This document shows positions 28,392 to 38,083 of a stretch of DNA of 64,000 bases, in pieces. Position 1 is the first letter of the stretch. Each line of letters starts with the position of its first letter. Location: the sequence record PV037725.1; one strand, 5' to 3'. The translations under genes were made by a program, and so were the position numbers. Below the pieces are notes generated by a model. It searched no databases, had not been told where the DNA came from, and saw only the letters and a list, made by a program, of their open reading frames with translations.

Positions 28392-29003
28392 ATGCAATAT
28401 CAAGCCCATGGCGTGGACCTTATGGACATCGCTTGCGGCGGTTTTCTGGATAACAACACTACTAGTTGGTTGAATCAACGTAGTGAAGCTTTGATGTCTT
28501 CAGTGAGCGTCAACACACAGAACTGGTTCAACAAAGCTCGAACGTTCTATACGTCGATCTCTGAATCGGATGCCGTCCAAGCTCTGCGTAACCTTACGGT
28601 GAAAGCAGATGTAAGCTGGAAGGGTAACAACATCCATTTGTGTAACAGCATTGAGATGGTTCAAACTGCGAACCCAATCATGCAACGTTATGTAATGGCT
28701 GAACCACGTTTGCGTGATATGTATCTCAACCAATCGGTTGAAGGTTATACCGGTAGCTATGAGAACTATCATGGCGATGCGTTGGGTATAGGTCATTACG
28801 ATTATCGTCGTGTAACTGATGGTATTGTGATGGTTCATGAAGACCACGCAATCGTGAATGAGTTCCATGAACTGATTCCAGACACTGACAAAGAACTGGA
28901 CATCTTCCAGAAGGCCGACATCATCCGTACTTGGAACCTGGTTAACAGGGCTCTGGATGCTGGTGAGATGGACCCAACCAGTCCGATCGGTAACATGCTT
29001 TAA
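28392..29003 (+). CDS. conserved core protein (probable phiKZ gp59 equivalent; possibly nuclear import factor Imp3)
   Basis: 203 aa, SD GAGGA, own promoter and terminator; equivalence by synteny only. Confidence 0.55.
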   Translation: MQYQAHGVDLMDIACGGFLDNNTTSWLNQRSEALMSSVSVNTQNWFNKARTFYTSISESDAVQALRNLTVKADVSWKGNNIHLCNSIEMVQTANPIMQRYVMAEPRLRDMYLNQSVEGYTGSYENYHGDALGIGHYDYRRVTDGIVMVHEDHAIVNEFHELIPDTDKELDIFQKADIIRTWNLVNRALDAGEMDPTSPIGNML

Positions 29004-29005
29004 CC

Positions 29006-29037
29006 GCATAAGCCCCTCCGAGTGGAGGGGCATTTAT
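29006..29037 (+). terminator. hairpin terminator (repeat family)
   Basis: GCATAAGCCCCTCC-GAGT-GGAGGGGCATTTAT. Confidence 0.75.
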
Positions 29038-29049
29038 TCCGAGGTGCAC

Positions 29050-29448
29050 ATGAAAGTCTTCTTTACAAAATTACCAAATGGTGATTGGATTTGCTATGAC
29101 CGATTCAACGAAGGCGGAGATCGGTTTGTAGATCCTGCCAAGATTCAAATACTCGTAGATGCGTTTAAGGATATCGGTGGGTCTGTTTGGGCCAATAACC
29201 GAGATGGTAATGACATCACCCTGTTCCAATGGGTCGACCATGAACTGGAAGGTTTTGGTAAGATTTACCACAACGTGTACGTTAATATCATCAACGGTGT
29301 TATTAAAGGCTGTAACATTCGGGCGGGTCATGAAGGTGAAGAGATCGCTGAGTTCGCCGACCGTTTCGCGCTGGAGTTAATTGAACTCCCAGCATTTGAT
29401 CTATACGCATATCCTACCGATGGGGAAGCTGACAATGAACCAACCTGA
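29050..29448 (+). CDS. hypothetical protein
   Basis: ATG at 29050, SD GAGGTG. Confidence 0.75.
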   Translation: MKVFFTKLPNGDWICYDRFNEGGDRFVDPAKIQILVDAFKDIGGSVWANNRDGNDITLFQWVDHELEGFGKIYHNVYVNIINGVIKGCNIRAGHEGEEIAEFADRFALELIELPAFDLYAYPTDGEADNEPT

Positions 29449-29875
29449 TGGCGATTGGCTGTACCGAGCTTTGAAGGCTGCCGGTGAGCCACAAAACAGC
29501 GACTTCTTTAATCAGTGGACTACACCAAAGGAAGGTCACTTGGTTGATCCAGATAAGTTGCCAAAGATTCCATACCTGTTCTACTTCGATGACAAATACC
29601 ACTGGATCGTAAAACATCCTAATGGTCAAGACCAAGTTGTAGATCGGGAACTATGGGCCAAGTTCTTTGATGTACCAGCGATGAATGATCGGGTCGATCG
29701 AAATCATTACCTCGACACCAATGTAGTAGACCAGTTCTATGGTGAGATGCGTCTCACTATTGAGGTCCAATGGCGTGAGGGTATGGTGAGAATGGTTAAC
29801 CTAGTCGCCCCCGATGGTGATCATATCAAATCCAACCTCAAGCAGTTCCACATTACTCGATACCAAGCGGTCTAA
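29435..29875 (+). CDS. hypothetical protein
   Basis: ATG at 29435, SD GGGGA. Confidence 0.75.
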   Translation: MNQPDGDWLYRALKAAGEPQNSDFFNQWTTPKEGHLVDPDKLPKIPYLFYFDDKYHWIVKHPNGQDQVVDRELWAKFFDVPAMNDRVDRNHYLDTNVVDQFYGEMRLTIEVQWREGMVRMVNLVAPDGDHIKSNLKQFHITRYQAV

Positions 29876-29893
29876 TTAGCATTATCTTGTGTA

Positions 29894-29932
29894 GTGGAAC
29901 CTTCGGGTTCCACGTCACTTGCTTTCTTTTTT
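29894..29932 (+). terminator. hairpin terminator
   Basis: GTGGAACC-TTCG-GGTTCCAC then T-rich tract. Confidence 0.7.
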
Positions 29933-29947
29933 GTTGAGGAATTAATA

Positions 29948-30361
29948 ATGGCAACGTTCGGTGCGTATAAAAGCGTCAACACCTTAGTACATTTTGCAGA
30001 TGCTCTTGCAGAACATGGTCCGTATGATCCTAATGAACGGGTTGTCGTACAGCGTTCTCTGGATGGTCGCTACACACTCGATGGCTTAGATGCCTTTGAC
30101 AGTGATGGTAAGCCAAAGATTGGTTTAGAGTTACGCTATTTCTATAATAACGCCATCCGTGGTGTTACCTACATTAGTAATGGTCAGATGTACGTTGAAG
30201 CTGATGGTAAGCGCTATGTGGTTTATATCTCCGATGCTGGTGGTAAGATCCTACCTTACAGTATCAGTGTAACGTATAAAGACGATCCGAATATGTATTT
30301 GATCGATCGATTTGACCTGCCGTCAGATCATCCGTTCTTACAGGCGTTTAGTACAAAATAA
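29948..30361 (+). CDS. hypothetical protein (FDLPxDH family)
   Basis: ATG at 29948, SD GAGGA; C-terminal RFDLPSDHPFLQAF. Confidence 0.75.
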   Translation: MATFGAYKSVNTLVHFADALAEHGPYDPNERVVVQRSLDGRYTLDGLDAFDSDGKPKIGLELRYFYNNAIRGVTYISNGQMYVEADGKRYVVYISDAGGKILPYSISVTYKDDPNMYLIDRFDLPSDHPFLQAFSTK

Positions 30362-30412
30362 CTTAGCGGGGCCGTTGGCTCCGTTTTCTGACCCATTCTT
30401 TTTTGGTGACCC

Positions 30413-30817
30413 ATGGCACTTTCAATCCCAACTATGAGTATCACTGGCTGGGTCAGTGATATCGCAGCTAACGCAGACTACCTTTTAGCCTGCTACATTA
30501 CGGCTAACGTACACGACTCAGTATTGCATCAAGGACAAAATACTACGATGCAATATACATTGAAGGAATTTGCGAATAACATGCAAGCTATTGAAGAGCG
30601 AATGCATGATGACCTACTCGCTAAGTTCCAAACTGTTTTCGGTAACACGGCTGAAGTTACAGTCGAAGTAGATACCGAGAATGATGAGAAACCAGGTCAA
30701 TACACCATTCGATTTACCGGTACTGTCTACGACGGTACGGTTGCCTATGTAGTAGGTCGCTTAGTGCAATATGAGAATGGGCGTGTGATCAAAATCGTTA
30801 AGATCAACAATGGGTAA
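30413..30817 (+). CDS. conserved core protein
   Basis: 134 aa ORF at the start of the conserved block before the nuclease. Confidence 0.7.
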   Translation: MALSIPTMSITGWVSDIAANADYLLACYITANVHDSVLHQGQNTTMQYTLKEFANNMQAIEERMHDDLLAKFQTVFGNTAEVTVEVDTENDEKPGQYTIRFTGTVYDGTVAYVVGRLVQYENGRVIKIVKINNG

Positions 30818-30823
30818 TTTCAA

Positions 30824-31330
30824 ATGACTGACCAAGCTCCTAATGGACCTCTCGACCTTCTGGCTCGTGACGTAAGTATTCTCAAAACTGAACTGTCCAA
30901 GATCAACAAACGTCTAGATGAGATGGACGCGTTTACACTTAAGATTCTCCACACAATGAAACGTGGTGAGGAATCGTTTGATCTGCGTGTAGCTCGTGCA
31001 CAGTACAACCTGTATTCCGGTCTGGCGCATTCTATCGAACATTCCATTGAAGACTACAGTGACCGGCTTAAAGCCCGTCAGCGTGGCTTTGAGGTACAGG
31101 TGGTGGACGGTAAGACAGTTCTTGAGAATGCCGATACTATCCAAGTGGCTAAGAATGCTGAAGGTGGTTTCGATTACTCACCGGCGTCGCGTCCTGACGA
31201 AATCAACAACTTCGGTACAGAAGCCTTGACTCGATACTTCGAAGAGACTCCATCGTTGTTTGAATCGCGCTCTGTAATTCTGGTCAACGTCTTGACTGAA
31301 GTACTGCCAGAGGTACCTACGAATGGCTAA
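30824..31330 (+). CDS. conserved core protein
   Basis: 168 aa ORF, coiled-coil N-terminus. Confidence 0.75.
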   Translation: MTDQAPNGPLDLLARDVSILKTELSKINKRLDEMDAFTLKILHTMKRGEESFDLRVARAQYNLYSGLAHSIEHSIEDYSDRLKARQRGFEVQVVDGKTVLENADTIQVAKNAEGGFDYSPASRPDEINNFGTEALTRYFEETPSLFESRSVILVNVLTEVLPEVPTNG

Positions 31331-31928
31331 GCCTAATTACCTTACCGGTATGTTGGTGGGTAATCAGGAATTAGAACGGGCAATGGCTGACATCCTTGCT
31401 AATGACGAAAGGCAAACACCGATCGTTGCCGAGGATGTATTCATTAACCAAATCATTCCTATCCTTCAACAGATCTGGAAACCAGAGAACCTCAAACGTT
31501 ACATGCGTTATGTAGCTGAACCAATGCAGTCCTTGCGGGTTGCAGGTGTACGTGACGGTCAAACGGTTGTACTGTTTAAAGTTCCTCCACTGATGGGTGG
31601 TGTAGATACTACGTCACCAGTTACAAACGGCATCACGATTAACCAGCTAGTTGAGTATGCATCTATTATGCGTTCACGGCATACTGGTGAGAACGTAGAT
31701 GGTAACGTTGCTGAATACCTCACAACGATTACTAACCAAGTAACCCCAGAGCACAAAGTCCTGGTTCCCATTGCCGCTATCTTGGGAGTGTACGGTAAGA
31801 CCTTCCTAGACGACATGGGTCATCCGTTGTACGCTCTTGATGGTGTGGCTAATCAGGTTACAGGTGAACTACCTAGGCCTAAGGACGAAGTTGCATTCGT
31901 TAGCACCGGATATTTAGATGAAGACTGA
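31323..31928 (+). CDS. conserved core protein
   Basis: 201 aa ORF, SD GAGGT. Confidence 0.75.
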   Translation: MAKPNYLTGMLVGNQELERAMADILANDERQTPIVAEDVFINQIIPILQQIWKPENLKRYMRYVAEPMQSLRVAGVRDGQTVVLFKVPPLMGGVDTTSPVTNGITINQLVEYASIMRSRHTGENVDGNVAEYLTTITNQVTPEHKVLVPIAAILGVYGKTFLDDMGHPLYALDGVANQVTGELPRPKDEVAFVSTGYLDED

Positions 31929-33063
31929 CCAGACTAAAAAGCCTGGTGTGTTTAGCTATATCAGTCTTGGTGATGTCCATCTCGGGCATCGCCAGACATC
32001 CGCTACCCACATCATCCGCAACTTGAACCGTATGATCCAAGATGATCTGTTAAAGACTCTTGATGCGATCTTTATTACTGGTGACCTATTTGATCGACAG
32101 CTTAATAATGGTGACGAAGACGTTCACGCTATTAACCGCTGGATCACTTTTCTGATGTTCAAGTGTGCTGCGTATGATGTCCACATTTTTATCGTGGAAG
32201 GTACGCCAAGCCACGACCGTATGCAATCCCAGTTCTTCGTAGAACAGAAAGTTAACGCTAATATTCCAGTTAACCTACACTACGCTAAGGAACTTGAGAT
32301 TGTCTACAATGAGCGCTTTGACGCTCATATTCTTTTTGTCCCAGATAAGTGGCATCCGTCTACAGCAGTGACATTGTCACAGGTTAAAGATCTCATGGCC
32401 GCTAAGGGGCTTGAGCAAGTTGACTTCGCTATTATGCACGGGGCTTTTAGTTATCAACTACCTTCTATAGTAGAAGAGCCAACCCATGATGAAGAAGAAT
32501 ATCGAAAACTCGTACGCTACCAGATTCTCATTGGGCATGTACACATTCAAACCATCAGCGAAAAGATATACGCTGCCGGATCTTTCGATCGGATATGCCA
32601 CAACGACGAAATACCAAAGGGCATGTTCCATTTCAATGTTCGAGAGGATGGCACATTCGAAGCAACCTTCATTGAGAACCATTGGGCCAAACGGTACGTC
32701 ACGTGGGATGTCCACGGGCTTGATACCAAAGAACTTAACCAAGCGGTTAAACAGCGCATCGAAGACCTCCCTCGAGGTAGTTCAATCCGACTCCGATGCG
32801 ATCCCGGTGACGTAGCCAACGGTGACATTGATTCTTTCCGGAAGGAGTACCCTTCTCAGGATTGGCAGATCACTGTGGAAAAAGCTACTACTAAGAAGAA
32901 TACTGTAATGGAATCCATTCGTAACTTTGACATGTCCGAGTTTGTACCTTTGACGGAAGATAACTTACTTGAGATGCTGCTGTATGAACTGGAATCCAAA
33001 GGGCACTCTGAGACAACCATTACCCGTTGTGCTAAGAGATACACTGATTTAATTAAAGGCTAA
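31918..33063 (+). CDS. SbcD/Mre11-like metallophosphoesterase nuclease
   Basis: DVHLG, GDLFD, GTPSHD, MHG and GHVH motifs. Confidence 0.9.
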   Translation: MKTDQTKKPGVFSYISLGDVHLGHRQTSATHIIRNLNRMIQDDLLKTLDAIFITGDLFDRQLNNGDEDVHAINRWITFLMFKCAAYDVHIFIVEGTPSHDRMQSQFFVEQKVNANIPVNLHYAKELEIVYNERFDAHILFVPDKWHPSTAVTLSQVKDLMAAKGLEQVDFAIMHGAFSYQLPSIVEEPTHDEEEYRKLVRYQILIGHVHIQTISEKIYAAGSFDRICHNDEIPKGMFHFNVREDGTFEATFIENHWAKRYVTWDVHGLDTKELNQAVKQRIEDLPRGSSIRLRCDPGDVANGDIDSFRKEYPSQDWQITVEKATTKKNTVMESIRNFDMSEFVPLTEDNLLEMLLYELESKGHSETTITRCAKRYTDLIKG

Positions 33064-33066
33064 ACC

Positions 33067-33891
33067 ATGGATCTCATTGAAAGAGAAGTTGGTAAGATAC
33101 CAGTTAGTATCGGAACCTCTCTTGCCTTTGAGGGTTACTTAGGCATCCATCCAGGCGAACCTAAGCAGCCACTTGACGTTAAAACGGTTAAAGAGATTTG
33201 GGTCAACCTTCGTACGTTGGCCCGAAACTTGTGGCAAGCTGTACCCACCGCAGAGGTAGCGAACTTAAACCCTGCGGCAGCAGTGGATGTTCTAATGCAG
33301 GAGGTACAAACCATTCCCGTCGCTCTTGCTCAGTATAACGCCAGGGCAAAGGTCCGCTACTATATCACGGGTAAAGACTCGATGAAGTGGGCCTTCCCTA
33401 AGGCTACGTTTAAGCAAGCCCGAACGCCAAAGCAAATGGCATACGAAGTTTATGAACGTTATGCATCTATCGAATTGTATCGACGGATGAAAGACGAAGG
33501 TATGGAGGTTATTCTAGTTGAGCGTAAGCCACCCTCTACAGATGGTACAGTGGCCCTACTGACTCACTACCCTTCCGACCTTTTGTGGAAAGAGAACTTC
33601 CAAAGGTTATTGTTGTTAGAGTCACATACGGGGAAACTCAAACCGTGGAACCTGTGGTACTCGAAGTTGCACAATATCACCGAAGCAACGCCAATGCCTT
33701 TCAACAAGTTTACATTACAGGTATTTGGGGATAGCGTGGATATCGAACCACAACCCCGCAACATCATTGGTCAATTGAAACAGTTAGCGCTGAGCAAGCG
33801 CTGGAGTCCTGTTACAACTGAAGCAAAAATGTATCATGACATTCAGTCAGGTAGCAAAGAACTTAAGGAAGCTTACGCTAAGTTGAGATAA
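33067..33891 (+). CDS. conserved core protein, possible 5'-3' exonuclease/RNase H-like
   Basis: 274 aa; HYPSDLL and QVFGD motifs; adjacent to SbcD; fold call is inference. Confidence 0.45.
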   Translation: MDLIEREVGKIPVSIGTSLAFEGYLGIHPGEPKQPLDVKTVKEIWVNLRTLARNLWQAVPTAEVANLNPAAAVDVLMQEVQTIPVALAQYNARAKVRYYITGKDSMKWAFPKATFKQARTPKQMAYEVYERYASIELYRRMKDEGMEVILVERKPPSTDGTVALLTHYPSDLLWKENFQRLLLLESHTGKLKPWNLWYSKLHNITEATPMPFNKFTLQVFGDSVDIEPQPRNIIGQLKQLALSKRWSPVTTEAKMYHDIQSGSKELKEAYAKLR

Positions 33892-33956
33892 TACTGGCGA
33901 GCTTATAGTACGTAACACTTTCGCGAAGTGTAAAATTTAAAACTCTGGAGTTAACA

Positions 33957-34691
33957 ATGTCGCAACAACAAAACTTTCCTGCACCAACCCTGAACGTCTT
34001 TTCCGTTATGTCGAACTGGATGTTTGCTGACCCTGTCGAAGGTGCTCAGAAACGACCAAGCATGCGAGTAGGCGTATTCGGTAACGTGCCACGAATCACT
34101 GTGAAGACCAACCTTCCTAACGACATCAACCATGGTAAGATCGACTTTAACATGGACTTGGCTACATTCGCTGTAGGTATGGCATACCTGCAAGATCTGG
34201 TAGAAGGTAAAGATGTTCCTCAGGAAATGAAGCTCGAGTATCAGGATGACTTCGTAGCCGGTAAGAAACTGGATAAGATCATCACCCTGTCCACTTGGGT
34301 TATCGGTAAAGCTACCGATGGTCGAATCTACATGGCTGTGATTAGCTCCCAAGCTAGCCGTCCACGTATTCGTTTCTTCTTCGGTCCTACCAAGTACCAC
34401 AACCTCAAACTGGGTGATAATTCACAGGTTGGCGCAGATAAGATGTCGGCTGCTTATGCTCGTGGTTTCGCACGTAGCTCTGAGCAACTGGTTTACATCC
34501 TGTTGGGTGGTCCATCCTTCGACCCTAACGCCAAGAACGTTGCTAACCCTGCCAACTTCGGCGGTGGTCAACAAGGTGGTGGCGGTCGTCCAGGCGGTAA
34601 CGGCGGTGGTCGCCCACAATACAACAACAATAGTGGTGGCGGTGGTTCCGCTCCAGCTGCTGACGCGGAGCTACCTAGCTTCGATTGGTAA
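33957..34691 (+). CDS. chmC: probable ChmC, nucleus-associated RNA-binding protein (phage SSB-like fold; phiKZ gp67 equivalent)
   Basis: 244 aa, G/N-rich disordered tail ending PSFDW, directly upstream of the gp68-like gene. Confidence 0.7.
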   Translation: MSQQQNFPAPTLNVFSVMSNWMFADPVEGAQKRPSMRVGVFGNVPRITVKTNLPNDINHGKIDFNMDLATFAVGMAYLQDLVEGKDVPQEMKLEYQDDFVAGKKLDKIITLSTWVIGKATDGRIYMAVISSQASRPRIRFFFGPTKYHNLKLGDNSQVGADKMSAAYARGFARSSEQLVYILLGGPSFDPNAKNVANPANFGGGQQGGGGRPGGNGGGRPQYNNNSGGGGSAPAADAELPSFDW

Positions 34692-34705
34692 TCCTTTCTT
34701 AACAT

Positions 34706-34733
34706 CAGCTATCTTGATTCGTCAGGATAGCTG
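34706..34733 (+). terminator. 12-bp hairpin after chmC
   Basis: CAGCTATCTTGA-TTCG-TCAGGATAGCTG. Confidence 0.7.
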
Positions 34734-34764
34734 TATGCCCTCTTACCCGGTTCAGGGTTAATAC

Positions 34765-34789
34765 AAAAAATCTCAGATTTATATTACTA
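34765..34789 (+). promoter_or_regulatory. early promoter
   Basis: AAAAAATCTCAGATTTATATTACTA, identical core to 21911. Confidence 0.85.
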
Positions 34790-34814
34790 TGGTGTAGTAA
34801 GTAGAGGATCAACT

Positions 34815-36398
34815 ATGAAGTTCTTTGTGTCTAATGTACAAGGTGCAGGTTTCACGCAAGTGGGTATTACTCACGGTGCAGAAACACTGCTGTGGTCTAC
34901 ACGTACTTACAGTAAGGTGCAACTAGCAAACCCTAATCGGGTGTTCAGTGAGTTGAATGGTTTCTTAGAGACTCTTCCACCACACGTACATGACAAAATG
35001 TTTACCAGCTATAGTGAAGTGAACCGGTTGTTTAAGATGGGGCATGATCCATCTCACTTGGTGAATACCTTGGTGTACCACATCGAGGAGATCTACAAGT
35101 GTTTGCCAATGAATGCTTTGCGTCGTTGGTTGTTGACCATTGGTAACATCTATATCCCGAGCGATACTCAGGATGTCATCACTCAAGACTCTCGCTATAA
35201 CAAGCGCGGTCAAACCTATCTGAAGTCAGACTACATTAACCTTGCAACTGTCGCGATGGCGTTGCAAGCAATGATTCCAGTTTGGGGTGAGTACATCGAT
35301 CAATGCACCGACCAAGAACTCTATAAAGAGAACTCGGTTGTTGGTTTGGTACACCGTTGTGAAATGACCAACTGGCCATTGAACGAGGTTGACTCCACGG
35401 GTGAGATGATCCCAACCGCTTGGGATAAACTGGATGACTATATCCGGTATCGTGTTGAAGACGAACCAAACACATTGCCACGGCAGTGGGCTGGTCAATC
35501 TGCAACCGACGTTCGAGTGTTGTTGCATTCCAAAGTACTGGTACGTCGACTGACTATCATTCCTTTGAACGATCATTCGAGCCACTCGATTGTATCTAAC
35601 ATCTTCAGCTATGTACGTACCAACGTATCTCCAGCTGAACGTAGTACTGCTGATCGCGTAGCTAAGAAACAACCTGAGGGTGGTTCTAGCATGGATGACG
35701 AAAACAAAACGTCGTTCATCGAGTCTCACAAAACCACAGGTCGGATCAGTCCGGGTGACATTACGATGTATAACCTGGAAGCAAAAGACTACGAGTTGCT
35801 AGCCGAGACCGTAGACCCTACGATCTGTAAAGATAAACTGGCTCAGTGTATTAGTTGTATCAATCAGGTTTCGGGGATTGAGATCAGACCACACCAGATC
35901 TTGCTGGCACAGTGGGTGATGGCTAAAGCATATCCAGCTCGAGCTTTCTATCATATCTCGAAACTCCCAGTGAACTATCTGTTGGCTACTGCTCAGGCAT
36001 TGCTATGGCATTGGGGCTTTAAAGACGCGGCAATCATGATGCAGGTTGAACCCGTGATGTATGGTGAGCACGGTTCTACTACACAGCTTACGCAGGCCCG
36101 CCAAGGCTCGCGTATTGCAAACCGGTTCCGTCCTCAACTGGATGAACTGTTCCCGCACATGAAACTTCAGAAGACTCCACAGAACGGTTCGGAAACTCCG
36201 AAGCCTGAAAACATGGCTGGGTTGGCTATCAATAACTGTAACCATTCCATCCGCGGTTCTAACTGGGTTTACCATGGTCCAATGAAGTTGTTTGAAGAAG
36301 CTGGTCAGATTACACATAACCGTGTACTGATCGTTCCGCAGACAATCAAGCATACGCTCACCGAAGTTGTACTTCACTTGGCACAGATCAATCAGTAA
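34815..36398 (+). CDS. non-virion RNAP promoter-specificity subunit (phiKZ gp68-like)
   Basis: 527 aa; size and position between ChmC and PicA; early promoter. Confidence 0.7.
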   Translation: MKFFVSNVQGAGFTQVGITHGAETLLWSTRTYSKVQLANPNRVFSELNGFLETLPPHVHDKMFTSYSEVNRLFKMGHDPSHLVNTLVYHIEEIYKCLPMNALRRWLLTIGNIYIPSDTQDVITQDSRYNKRGQTYLKSDYINLATVAMALQAMIPVWGEYIDQCTDQELYKENSVVGLVHRCEMTNWPLNEVDSTGEMIPTAWDKLDDYIRYRVEDEPNTLPRQWAGQSATDVRVLLHSKVLVRRLTIIPLNDHSSHSIVSNIFSYVRTNVSPAERSTADRVAKKQPEGGSSMDDENKTSFIESHKTTGRISPGDITMYNLEAKDYELLAETVDPTICKDKLAQCISCINQVSGIEIRPHQILLAQWVMAKAYPARAFYHISKLPVNYLLATAQALLWHWGFKDAAIMMQVEPVMYGEHGSTTQLTQARQGSRIANRFRPQLDELFPHMKLQKTPQNGSETPKPENMAGLAINNCNHSIRGSNWVYHGPMKLFEEAGQITHNRVLIVPQTIKHTLTEVVLHLAQINQ

Positions 36399-36412
36399 GA
36401 GGTAGGTAATAG

Positions 36413-38083
36413 ATGTTTAACATTAACTCGGGCGCAACCGTAGGTAACTCGAATGTGCGCTTTGAACCTAACGGGTTCATTGCCGTAGAGACTGGTACCT
36501 ATCAAGCTCAAGGTCTTCGACCGTTCAAAAGTAACACCAACGAGGCAGTGGTAAGTGCACTGCGTCAAGCTACTCAAGACGGTCTCAACCTCGGCGTAGC
36601 AGCCGTGCAGGAGATCGCCTCTGACGTTATTGTTCCACAAGCGATGGTCGAAGGTGAGGTAATGATTCCTCATGGCTTTACTTCTCGTCGTTTCCGTCTG
36701 CTCTGCCGTGTGAATGAATCCCATCCATTCATCCAGGGCACCACAACTCAACGCGTATTCTTTGGCTATTCAGATCACTGTGACGTAGCTCTCGGTGGTA
36801 AGAATCTGCCAGACGACATGCGTATCTACTTCAACTCTGAAACCATCATTCAGGAATCGGTAGTCCCGACTCCACATGGTCCTCAGACTCAGGCACGTAT
36901 TATCGGCTCTAACCAGATTCTCTCTCCAGTGAATATGGTGGAAGGTCATAACGGAATGTTTTCTCGTCCGAGTAACTTCCTGATTCGTCCTGAAGATAAC
37001 TTTAACCTCATGCAAACCAAAGCTGTTGCAAAGAACTTGCAAGACAATGGCTTGGTTGATGTGAAGATCGATACTTCCTACGACTATCGTACGATGGTTG
37101 GTGAAGGTGGTTCGTTCAAGTATTCGCAGCGTAAGGATACTTCTCCAGTTCGTTATCTATCGAGTTCTCTCGGTGCTTATCAGCATGCTCGTTCCGAATA
37201 TAACGATTCGATGCGTGACTCGGATGTTCTGCTGTTCAACAAAGGTTCTGATCCAACAGAAGTGTTGTTGGGTGAAGCAGCTAACATGTGTCGTAACCAC
37301 GCCATCCAGTCCAACACCTTCCTAGGTATCTTGCGTGAGCACGCAGGCTTCATGGAGAAAGGCTATGTGACTTGGGGTCGTCTGAAAGCACTGTTCCCAG
37401 AGTTGGCTGATCCGGTTGTAACTAAGTTCGCAATGAACGATGGTAGCTCCCAGCGTAAAGTATCTCAGTCGCACCACTCGCAGACATTCAATGGCGCTGA
37501 CAATACCGCTATCGCAGTATCGTTGCTGTCTCAAGCAATCCCTTCGATCATGATGGATACATTCTTCAGATCGGTATCGTTTGCGGTGACTAACGGTCAA
37601 GGGCCAAATGAATATCTGTTCGAGATCTTTCCGAACGGTACTCAGAGCATCATCCGTAACTTCGATATGCGTCCTTATATCCAACAACTGGAACGTCGTG
37701 TTAAAGTCGACATCCTGAATAACATCTCCCGTGGTAACCAGATCCCATTCCGTATTAGCTGTAGTTCGGACTTGGCTGGTGAAACCGTAGTGGATATCTC
37801 GTTGGGTTCCGATCCAGTTGAGCGTTACGTAGCACCAACATTTGCGGATAGTTTGTTCTCGCCAGTAATCACCCGCAACCAAGAACTGTCCAATGAAATC
37901 GCAAGTGGTATCACTTGGTTGGTTCGTAGTGTTATCGACGGTGATTCACAACGTGCACCACAGATCGATCTATCGAAAGCATACACGCCGTATCAACATC
38001 CAGTAGCGCCAGCTGCACAGTACAATCCTCAAGCAATTAACACCGGAGCACAGAACAATGTCGCTAACCTTGGCCTCCTATAA
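36413..38083 (+). CDS. picA: probable PicA/Imp1 nuclear import protein (phiKZ gp69-like)
   Basis: 556 aa, conserved position between the gp68-like gene and the nvRNAP genes; synteny-based. Confidence 0.7.
   Translation: MFNINSGATVGNSNVRFEPNGFIAVETGTYQAQGLRPFKSNTNEAVVSALRQATQDGLNLGVAAVQEIASDVIVPQAMVEGEVMIPHGFTSRRFRLLCRVNESHPFIQGTTTQRVFFGYSDHCDVALGGKNLPDDMRIYFNSETIIQESVVPTPHGPQTQARIIGSNQILSPVNMVEGHNGMFSRPSNFLIRPEDNFNLMQTKAVAKNLQDNGLVDVKIDTSYDYRTMVGEGGSFKYSQRKDTSPVRYLSSSLGAYQHARSEYNDSMRDSDVLLFNKGSDPTEVLLGEAANMCRNHAIQSNTFLGILREHAGFMEKGYVTWGRLKALFPELADPVVTKFAMNDGSSQRKVSQSHHSQTFNGADNTAIAVSLLSQAIPSIMMDTFFRSVSFAVTNGQGPNEYLFEIFPNGTQSIIRNFDMRPYIQQLERRVKVDILNNISRGNQIPFRISCSSDLAGETVVDISLGSDPVERYVAPTFADSLFSPVITRNQELSNEIASGITWLVRSVIDGDSQRAPQIDLSKAYTPYQHPVAPAAQYNPQAINTGAQNNVANLGLL

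Noticed and set aside
29894-29947. GTG start extension MEPSGSTSLAFFF of the 155 aa ORF
   Set aside because: Lies in a terminator hairpin and T-tract; the real start is the ATG at 29948 with SD GAGGA.
30413-30817. gp25-like baseplate wedge assignment
   Set aside because: Only a vague size and strand pattern; no recognisable motif.
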